Below, piece by piece: positions 25,352 through 32,000 of a stretch of DNA of 32,000 nucleotides; position 1 is the first letter of the stretch; each line of letters starts with the position of its first letter. The DNA comes from an uncultured bacterium (GTDB lineage: Bacteria; Auribacterota; Erginobacteria; Erginobacterales; CAZKCI01). A program made the translations under genes and the position numbers. Under the pieces are notes generated by a model. It did no database searches, was not told where the DNA came from, and saw only the letters and a program-made list of their open reading frames with translations. The DNA lies in NCBI GenBank assembly GCA_964551475.1, contig CAZKCI010000034.1, forward strand, positions 9,326-41,325, read 5' to 3'.

Positions 25352-27757
25352 CTATTTCGTTCGCCCGGACAGGCGCTCGAGCGCGGAGCGGGCCGCCGGG
25401 AAGTCCGGATTGAGCGAGAGGGCCGTCTCCAGATGCCGACGGGCTTCGCCGCTGCGTCCCTGCTCAATCAACAGGAGGGCGAGGCCGTAGTGGGCGCGCG
25501 CGGAGCGGGGATCGATCTCGATCGCCTTCTCATAGCGGACGCGCGCACCCTCCGTGTCCCCCGCGAGGCTTAGGGTCGCGCCCAGGTTGAGATGGGCTTC
25601 GGCGTAGGCCGGGTCGATCTGGAGCGCCTGCTCATAGTGGCCGATCGCGCCGTTCCAGTCGCCTTTCCGGGCCAGGAGGTTGGCGAGATTGTTGTGCGCG
25701 TCGGCCAGGAGCGGGTTGATCGTGAGCGCCCGCTCGAACTCCTTCGCCGCCTCCTCGTTCCGTCCCAGGGCGGCCAGGGCATTGCCAAGGTTGTTGCGGG
25801 CGTAGGCGGAGCCGGGATGAAGTCGGATCGCCTCCCGATATTCGTCGATCGCCTCCCCGTAGGCGCCCTTTCCCCCCAGGGCGAGGCCGAGGTTGTAGTG
25901 GGCCTCGTCGGAGCCGGGCTTGATCGCGGCCACCCGGCGGTAATCGGCGATCGCCTCCTCGCCGCGCCCCAGGCGCTCCAGCGCGCTGGCGCGGTTGTTG
26001 TAGGCTTGGACGCATTCCGGGTTGATCGCGAGGGCCCGCGCGAAGAGTTTCATCGCCTCGTCGGTCTTCCCGATCTGGAACCAGGCGATGCCCAGATTGC
26101 TTAAGATCTCGGCCTTGCCCGGCTCCAGGCGGAGCGCCTCCTCGTACTCCCGGATGGCATCGGTATAGCGTCCCAAGGAAACATAGAGCGCCCCGAGGTT
26201 GTTATGGGACTGGAAATCCTCCGGGTCTTCGCCCAGGGCGGCCCGATATTCCTGGATCGCCTCCTCGGTCTTCCCTTCATTCGCCAGGGCGAGGGCGAGG
26301 TCGTAGTGCCACTTGGAGGCCGAGGCCCGGTAGCCGGTGGGATCCCGACTGCAGAGGAAGAAAAGAGCGAGCCCGGCGGCGGCCCAGCCCAGCGCTCGCA
26401 CCCAGCGGCGGTCGCGGGCAAGCCCGCTGACCCGGCAGATCCCGAGCGCGGAGAAGAGGAGAATCCCCGGGATGGCCGGGACGCGGTAGCGGGCCGCGGC
26501 GACGAAGGGAAGCATCGAGAGGAAATAAAGGCCGACAAAGGCGAGGACCAGGATTCCGAGGCTTCGCGTCTCCGCCCCCCCTGATTCTCGGCGGCGTCCG
26601 TCAAGGATGAAGAACGCCGCCCCGAGCAGGGCGAGGGCCAAGACGGCGGGGAAGTTGAGGGGGATGGAGCGGAGGACGGGAGAGCTCAGGCGCACGAAAT
26701 CCAGCTCCTTGATGTTGGCCACCTCCCGCGGCCCCCAGAAAAGGACGGCTTTCTTCGCGGTCAATCTCAGGAAATCGAGCGGGCGGTCCCGGATGAAGTG
26801 GACGGCCTCCCGGCCGTAGAGGGACGAGGCTTGCGCCCAGCCCACCGTCCCCGCCGGGAGACCCAGACCCCCCTCCAGGGACCTGACCGCCCGGGGGTAG
26901 TCGAAGGGGGAACCGAAGATGCCGTGGTAGGGGAGGTTGTGATTGGTCCCGTCCGCGAGCGGGTTGTTCCCGACCGCGAGGCTCATGCCCGCATTGGCGG
27001 CGATCGGGACGAACTCGCCGCCGACCAGGTAGTTCCGGACGGCGGCGGGGAACACCGCCAGCGCCGTCCCGAGGAGGAAGCCCGCCAGACCGAGACGGCG
27101 GCGGGCCGAATGGTCCCGTTCTGGCGCGGGGACGGAGGACCGCCCGAGCCAGGCGGCCGCGACGGGCCAGAAGAGGAGGACGTTGGGGCGGAAAAGGGCG
27201 GCGACGCCGAGCGCGAGCCCCGCGGCGAACCCCCGTTTCAGGCCTGGTTCTTCACGGCCGCGGGCGATCAGCCAGAGGAGGAGCAGGGAGAGGAAGGCCT
27301 CGAGCGAGGTCCCGAGCAGCTCCCCTTCGTAGTAGATGAAGATCCAGTAAAGCGCCATCAGCCCGGCATACACCAATCCCACCGCCGCGCCGAACGGGCG
27401 GCGCGCGAAAAGATAGGCGAGGAGCGCCGCCAGGAGCCCCGCCGCCATCTGCAGGAGGCGGGGGGCATACTGCCCCCGGCCGAAGAGGCGGTAGACGAGA
27501 GCGAGCCAGTAGGCGTAGCCGGGAGGGCGGAAGAACGGGCGGCGGCGAATCTGGGGGTCCGTTTCGTCCTCCGGGACGCGCCAGTCTCCCGTGGCGATCC
27601 CGTTTGCCCAGTAGTCGTGGTAGGAGGCGTCGACGGTGGGATGGGAGAACTCGGGATGGGAGGCGATCTCGACGAGGTAGAGCGCGCGCATAAGCGCGCC
27701 GGCGAGCAGGACGACGGCGAGGGCGAGATGCGCTCGAGTCTTAATGCTCCGGCTCAT
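25352..27757 (-). CDS. GT39-like membrane glycosyltransferase with C-terminal TPR array
   Basis: MSRSIKTRAHLALAVVLLAGALMRALYLVEIASHPEFSHPTVDASYHDYWANG, many TM helices, then about 9 TPRs. ATG at 27757 chosen over the very long ORF opening at 28804. Confidence 0.85.
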   Translation of the reverse strand: MSRSIKTRAHLALAVVLLAGALMRALYLVEIASHPEFSHPTVDASYHDYWANGIATGDWRVPEDETDPQIRRRPFFRPPGYAYWLALVYRLFGRGQYAPRLLQMAAGLLAALLAYLFARRPFGAAVGLVYAGLMALYWIFIYYEGELLGTSLEAFLSLLLLWLIARGREEPGLKRGFAAGLALGVAALFRPNVLLFWPVAAAWLGRSSVPAPERDHSARRRLGLAGFLLGTALAVFPAAVRNYLVGGEFVPIAANAGMSLAVGNNPLADGTNHNLPYHGIFGSPFDYPRAVRSLEGGLGLPAGTVGWAQASSLYGREAVHFIRDRPLDFLRLTAKKAVLFWGPREVANIKELDFVRLSSPVLRSIPLNFPAVLALALLGAAFFILDGRRRESGGAETRSLGILVLAFVGLYFLSMLPFVAAARYRVPAIPGILLFSALGICRVSGLARDRRWVRALGWAAAGLALFFLCSRDPTGYRASASKWHYDLALALANEGKTEEAIQEYRAALGEDPEDFQSHNNLGALYVSLGRYTDAIREYEEALRLEPGKAEILSNLGIAWFQIGKTDEAMKLFARALAINPECVQAYNNRASALERLGRGEEAIADYRRVAAIKPGSDEAHYNLGLALGGKGAYGEAIDEYREAIRLHPGSAYARNNLGNALAALGRNEEAAKEFERALTINPLLADAHNNLANLLARKGDWNGAIGHYEQALQIDPAYAEAHLNLGATLSLAGDTEGARVRYEKAIEIDPRSARAHYGLALLLIEQGRSGEARRHLETALSLNPDFPAARSALERLSGRTK

Positions 27758-27855
27758 GACGAATGGTCTCCCCGCGGCGCGGGGGCAGCGAAGAAGAATC
27801 CGAGGGAAGGATTGTATCAGGAAACGAAACGGGGGGCGCCAGGGGAAAACGGGGA

Positions 27856-28878
27856 TCAGGGCGCGGCCACCGCGATTTTTCCGCCGGCGACATTCCGCAT
27901 GGCCCCGTCGGCCCTCAGGGCGACCGAGAAATTCCGGCCCTGGCGCTCGACGATCACGCCGTCGATCGGCTCGTCCTCCTCGAGGATCTTGACCTCCATC
28001 CCTTCCGCCAGCGACCGGACGCGGAACTTCTCCCGCTCCAGGTCCTCCTCGGGGAATTCCGGATTGAAGTAGCGGACGGTGAAGACCCTCGCGTAAGCTC
28101 GGACGACGGTGGCGGGATGCCAGTAGCCGTCGTCGGCCTTGAAGACCAGGATTTCGGTCCCTGTCTCCAGGTTCCAGTCTTCCGGGCCGAGGACCTCGGG
28201 TTCCGGAGTGGGCAGGGGACCGGTCTCCGCGGGCGCCTCCGGCGCGGGATCGAGGTTGCTCTCCGGTGTCGGCATCGCCTCCGGGTCCAGGGTCGCGGCG
28301 GACTCGCTCTCCGGCGTGGGCGCGACGGAGACCGCCACGAACTCCTCGAACGCGCTCGGCGGCGGGGGAGTGGCACGGCGGGGCGGGACGGCTTTGGCTG
28401 GGAGCAGTCCGCCGGCGCCGGCTGGCGTTGGCCCCGGTCCGGGCGTCTCCCCTCCCGGCCGGGCCTTTCCCGTCCCCGTAGGCGGGGCGATGGTGAAGAT
28501 CAGCGTCGACAATTCCTTGTCGTTGCGGAGCAGGAGAACCAGGTAGGATCCGGGCGGCAGCTCTTCGGTGTGGAGATCGCAAGCGACGAACGGCGCCGGC
28601 GTCTCGGGCTTTTCGACGATGAGCGACATCAGCTCCCAGTTCCCCTGCTCGTCCCGGAAGGAAAGCTGGAAGCCGATCTGGTCTACGGTGGGCTCCTTCG
28701 GCCGGTAGACCGCCCGCGCCGCCTGCCCGGCGGGGAGGGTGGCCCCGAGTCGCTTCCCGGCGCCGTCGGCCAGGAAAAATTCCCAGACGTCCGGCTTCCG
28801 GCAACCCCCGGCGAAAAGAAAAAGGGAGAGCAGCGCCAGGACCGGCGCTGCTCTCCCTTTGGCTGCTCTATCAGACAA
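27856..28878 (-). CDS. Predicted lipoprotein with Pro/Ala/Glu-rich linker and possible Tudor/SH3-like C-terminal domain
   Basis: TTG start with GGAGGG upstream; lipobox LFLFAGGC; C-terminal TGTEILVFKADDGYWHPATVVRAYARVFTVRYFNPEFPEEDLEREKFR. Confidence 0.75.
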   Translation of the reverse strand: MSDRAAKGRAAPVLALLSLFLFAGGCRKPDVWEFFLADGAGKRLGATLPAGQAARAVYRPKEPTVDQIGFQLSFRDEQGNWELMSLIVEKPETPAPFVACDLHTEELPPGSYLVLLLRNDKELSTLIFTIAPPTGTGKARPGGETPGPGPTPAGAGGLLPAKAVPPRRATPPPPSAFEEFVAVSVAPTPESESAATLDPEAMPTPESNLDPAPEAPAETGPLPTPEPEVLGPEDWNLETGTEILVFKADDGYWHPATVVRAYARVFTVRYFNPEFPEEDLEREKFRVRSLAEGMEVKILEEDEPIDGVIVERQGRNFSVALRADGAMRNVAGGKIAVAAP

Positions 28879-28892
28879 TGACGCCCTCCGCC

Positions 28893-29903
28893 TCAGTACG
28901 TGGACTTGTAGGTGTACACGTAGATGGCGTTGGTCTTGTAGGAGCTGGTGACGGTGGAGTTGAGGATGGTCACGCAGTTCTCATCGTTGTCGTCGTCGGC
29001 GGACGCGGTCCAGTTGAAGGAGCCGGTGATCGTGCGCGGGGAGGACGTGGTCCCGCCGTCGATGGCCATGTACTTGTCGTGGAGAAGGCCCGCGTAGGCG
29101 TCCTTACGGACCGCGCAGCCCGCGCTCTTCATTGTGGTGTAGGTGCTTCCCGCCTGCCAGCTGTCGAAGGCCCCCTGGACCGTGACCCCGGCGTTTTTGC
29201 GGGCGATCAGCGCGTCCTGGATGGACGTGTCGGTGAAGGTGAAAATGTCGAAGTAGATGGAGGTGTTGGCGCTGGCGATGTGGGAATTGACGGCGGTGCG
29301 GACAGCGGCCTTGGGCGAGAAGTAGACGTAAACGGTCGACCCGTCAACCGTGGTGGAGCCGGAGTAGTCGACCTTGCTGGCGCCGAACGTCCCCGCGTAC
29401 ATCTGGAGAAACTCATTCTTGTACATGGTGGCGAGCGTGGCGGAGCCGCTGAAGATGATGATGTTGTTCTTGTCCGCCGTGGTCTGGTCGGTGCTGAAAT
29501 TGTAGGATCCGGTCACCACCTTGGTCCCGTCCGCAACGATGAACTTGTTGTGCATCAGGGCGGAGCGGTTGTCTTCGACGACCGGGATGCCGGCGGCAAC
29601 GAGGGAATCGTAGGAGGCCTGGTAGCCGGCTTTCCAGCGGTAGTCGGTCTCGGTCACGACCCGGACATCCACCCCTCTTCCCTTGGCGGAGATCAGGGCG
29701 TTGACGATCGAGGGCTGGTTCAAAGCATAGATGGCGACGTAGCAATAGCTCGTGGCCGCACTGATGACCGCAACGACCCTGGTGTCGATGGAGTTGGAGG
29801 TCGGGGGGGTGTTGAAATACACGGACATCGTCGCCTGGGAATCGGGGGCGAAAACTGCCATCAGGGAAATCGCTACCAGAACCGCCGTCAGCTTCACTCT
29901 CAT
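28893..29903 (-). CDS. Secreted phospholipase D-like protein with two HKD motifs
   Basis: Signal peptide MRVKLTAVLVAISLMAVFAPDSQA; HNKFIVADGTKVVTGSYNFS and HDKYMAIDGGTTSSPRTITGSFNWT (two HxKxxxxD motifs). Confidence 0.9.
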   Translation of the reverse strand: MRVKLTAVLVAISLMAVFAPDSQATMSVYFNTPPTSNSIDTRVVAVISAATSYCYVAIYALNQPSIVNALISAKGRGVDVRVVTETDYRWKAGYQASYDSLVAAGIPVVEDNRSALMHNKFIVADGTKVVTGSYNFSTDQTTADKNNIIIFSGSATLATMYKNEFLQMYAGTFGASKVDYSGSTTVDGSTVYVYFSPKAAVRTAVNSHIASANTSIYFDIFTFTDTSIQDALIARKNAGVTVQGAFDSWQAGSTYTTMKSAGCAVRKDAYAGLLHDKYMAIDGGTTSSPRTITGSFNWTASADDDNDENCVTILNSTVTSSYKTNAIYVYTYKSTY

Positions 29904-29968
29904 AACCGCCCTCCCTCGGGTTGGGATCTATTATTGGCTCTGGGACGCTGCGAACATCTTATGTAAGA

Positions 29969-29984
29969 AGCAATTGCCGTGCCA
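29969..29984 (-). promoter_or_regulatory. Sigma-54 (RpoN) -24/-12 promoter for the secreted PLD gene
   Basis: Minus strand TGGCACG-GCAA-TTGCT, full match to TGGCACGN4TTGCW, about 65 bp upstream of the ATG at 29903 (GAGGGAGG Shine-Dalgarno). Confidence 0.9.
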
Positions 29985-30078
29985 ACACCGCATTAGGGAT
30001 GAAATAATATACAACATATTGTACAGCAACATGATATGATATTGTTGGTATTGGCCTGATCGCGAGTAAAAAGGCATT

Positions 30079-30130
30079 ATGGCCCTATCGACTGAAAAGC
30101 TGCGGGAAATAAGGGCCAAAATGGCCCTAT
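30079..30130. promoter_or_regulatory. Candidate enhancer (UAS) for a sigma-54 activator: ATGGCCCTAT direct repeats plus one inverted copy
   Basis: ATGGCCCTAT at 30079-30088 and 30121-30130 (42 bp apart), inverted AGGGCCA at 30112-30118. Confidence 0.4.
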
Positions 30131-30132
30131 TT
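30108..30132 (-). terminator. Possible intrinsic terminator of the sigma-54 activator gene (overlaps the candidate UAS)
   Basis: Minus strand AAATAGGGCCA-TTT-TGGCCCTTATTT around the stop codon at 30127. Confidence 0.4.
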
Positions 30133-31509
30133 ATGGTCCTCGGAAGGGGAAAGTTCTCGGGGGGAGATGCGGTAGTAAGCAAGCTTCCGCTTCAATGAAC
30201 GGTGAGGGCAGGAGAGTTCGCGGGCGGCCTTGGCGACATTTCCTCGCGTCCGGCGGAGGGCTTCCTCGATCAGGCATTTCTCGAAGACGCTGACCTTGTC
30301 TTTCAGCGCATCTCCGCCGCCGGGACAGAGGCCGTTCGGCTTGGCCGTGCCGCGCACGGCCTCCGTCAGATTGTCGCGGGAGAGGATGCCGTTCTTGAGG
30401 CCGGCGGAGGCCGCCTTGAGGACATTCTCCAGCTCGCGGACGTTCCCGGGCCAGTCGTGGCCGAGGAGGCAGTTCATGGCCTCCGGCGCCACCGGAATGC
30501 CGGTCCCGTCCGGGCGGCGCAGGAAATGATCGATCAGGAGGGGGATATCCTCCTTCCTCTCCCGGAGCGGCGCCACCCGCAGGGAGAGGACCTGGAGCCG
30601 GTAGTAGAGATCCTTGCGGAACTTCCCCGATTTCACGGCCTCTCCCAGATCCTCGTTGGTGGCGGCGATGACGCGGATGTCCGCCCGGACCGGCCGGTCG
30701 CCTCCCAGGGGGTCGAACTGCTTCTCCTCCAGCGCTTGCAGGAGCTTGGACTGGGCGGCCAGGCTCAAGGTCGCCACCTCGTCCAGGAAGAGCGTGCCGC
30801 CGTGGGCGGAAAGGATCTTGCCCTTTCTCTCCTGGAAGGCCCCGGTGAAGGCGCCCTTCTGATGGCCGAAGAGCTCGCTCTCCAGCAGTGTCTCGGGCAG
30901 GGCGCCGCAGTTGACCACGACAAAAGGGCCTTTCGCCCGTCCGCTCCCCTGGTGGATGGCCCGGGCGATCACGGATTTCCCGGTCCCGGTCTCGCCCGCG
31001 ATCGTGGCGCTGAGCTCGCTTCCGGCGGCCTTCTCGATGAACTCGTAGACCGCCCGCATGGCCGGGCTTCTTCCCACCAATCCCGGATAGGGGGAATGGG
31101 CTTTGAGCTCCCGGCGCAGCGACTTTACCTCGCTGACCAGCGCGCGGTGCCGGGCGACCTTCTCCAGGATGGCGAGGAGTTCCTCCCCGTTCACGGGCTT
31201 GGACAGGTAATCGAAGGCCCCTTTCCTCATCGCGTCCACCGCGTCCTTGATCGTCCCGAAAGCGGTCATGAGCAGGAGGGTCAGGTCCGGAAACTTCTCC
31301 CGCACCGCTTCCATCAGCTCGTGGCCGTTCATCTCCGGCATCCTGACGTCGGTGATGAGGACCTGGAACTCCGCGGTCTCCAGTATCTTCAGCGCCCGGG
31401 AGGGCCGGTCCGCGGTCTTCACCTCGTAGCCGGACATCTCGAGAAAGGCGCTCAGACTTTTGAGGAGGTTCGCCTCGTCATCCACCAGCAGAATCTTGAG
31501 TTTTCTCAT
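30127..31509 (-). CDS. Sigma-54-dependent response regulator, NtrC family (REC-AAA+-HTH)
   Basis: ILLVDDEANLLKS..VLITDVRMPEMNG; AAA+ GETGTGKSVIAR, GAFTGA sigma-54 contact motif, FLDEV, RKDLYYRL; C-terminal FIS-type HTH NVAKAARELSCPHRSLKRKLAYY. Confidence 0.95.
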   Translation of the reverse strand: MRKLKILLVDDEANLLKSLSAFLEMSGYEVKTADRPSRALKILETAEFQVLITDVRMPEMNGHELMEAVREKFPDLTLLLMTAFGTIKDAVDAMRKGAFDYLSKPVNGEELLAILEKVARHRALVSEVKSLRRELKAHSPYPGLVGRSPAMRAVYEFIEKAAGSELSATIAGETGTGKSVIARAIHQGSGRAKGPFVVVNCGALPETLLESELFGHQKGAFTGAFQERKGKILSAHGGTLFLDEVATLSLAAQSKLLQALEEKQFDPLGGDRPVRADIRVIAATNEDLGEAVKSGKFRKDLYYRLQVLSLRVAPLRERKEDIPLLIDHFLRRPDGTGIPVAPEAMNCLLGHDWPGNVRELENVLKAASAGLKNGILSRDNLTEAVRGTAKPNGLCPGGGDALKDKVSVFEKCLIEEALRRTRGNVAKAARELSCPHRSLKRKLAYYRISPRELSPSEDHK

Positions 31510-31510
31510 C

Positions 31511-32000
31511 TCAGCCCTTCCCGGGGAGTTCGATGGTGAATTTCGCGCCCTTCCCGGGTTCGCTCTGCACGGAGATGGATCCGTGGTGGGTCTCGACGGC
31601 GCGGTGGACCTGGGAGAGTCCGATGCCGGACCCGTCGCTCTTGGTGGTAAAGAATATATCGAAGATGTTTTTCTGGATGGCCGGGTCGATCCCGCAGCCG
31701 TTATCCTCGAACTCGAGGATGATCCGCTCCCCTTTCCGGGAGGTGGTCACCTGGATGCGTCCTCCCGGCTTCACCGCATCGAGGGAGTTGCGGAAAAGGT
31801 TGAGGACGGCATGGTGAAACTCGTCCCGGTCGAGGTCAAGCGCGGGGAGGTCCGCCGCCAGCGAACAGGAGAGTCGGACTTTTCTCTGCAGCAGTTCAGC
31901 CAGGAGGCTTTTGCTGACACCCGCGATGACGGCGTTGAGATCGGACTTTTCCAGATGGCTGGCAACGGGCCGGCCGAAGGTGATGAGACGATCCACCAGG
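31511..32000 (-). CDS. Sensor histidine kinase, C-terminal ATPase region (partial, 5' end outside window)
   Basis: FHHAVLNLFRNSLDAVKPGG (N box), FEDNGCGIDPAIQKNIFDIFFTTKSDGSGIGLSQVHRAVETHHG, ends 1 nt before the regulator start. Confidence 0.9.
   Translation of the reverse strand, partial: LVDRLITFGRPVASHLEKSDLNAVIAGVSKSLLAELLQRKVRLSCSLAADLPALDLDRDEFHHAVLNLFRNSLDAVKPGGRIQVTTSRKGERIILEFEDNGCGIDPAIQKNIFDIFFTTKSDGSGIGLSQVHRAVETHHGSISVQSEPGKGAKFTIELPGKG

Noticed and set aside
27758-28804. N-terminal 349-aa extension of ORF 25352..28804
   Set aside because: The Arg/Gly/Pro-rich extension overlaps the well-supported lipoprotein in another frame. The membrane protein begins naturally at MSRSIKT (27757).

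Overview
The window is GC-rich bacterial DNA with about 18 supported protein-coding genes. No rRNA, tRNA, CRISPR array or transposase gene could be recognised. The left part (about 0.5-9.3 kb, + strand) holds a small HTH protein translationally coupled to a KamA-family radical SAM protein. It is followed by a cell-surface polysaccharide or glycosylation cluster: GT4, GT2, DUF2304-like, GT2, GT2, a GT-C-type membrane protein and GT4. The right part (about 9.4-32 kb, - strand) encodes large secreted proteins, most ending in six 40-aa '[37 protein letters not shown]' repeats. It also encodes two membrane GT-C/TPR (TMTC-like) proteins, an SBP_bac_3/PAS hybrid sensor kinase, a BAAT/dienelactone-hydrolase-like enzyme, a lipoprotein with a possible Tudor/SH3-like domain, a secreted two-HKD phospholipase-D-like protein, and a histidine kinase (partial)/NtrC-family sigma-54 activator pair. 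The most notable non-coding signals are: (1) an apparently perfect sigma-54 -24/-12 promoter (TGGCACG-N4-TTGCT) in front of the secreted PLD gene, beside the sigma-54 activator, with repeated ATGGCCCTAT motifs 95-146 bp upstream; (2) two related, imperfect ~120-bp palindromes centred on GGCCGGCC that fill the gaps upstream of two glycosyltransferase genes; (3) two long near-identical palindromes with compensatory arm changes just 3' of stop codons; (4) the uniform six-repeat C-terminal module on three otherwise unrelated secreted proteins. All family calls come from reading motifs and were not checked against databases.
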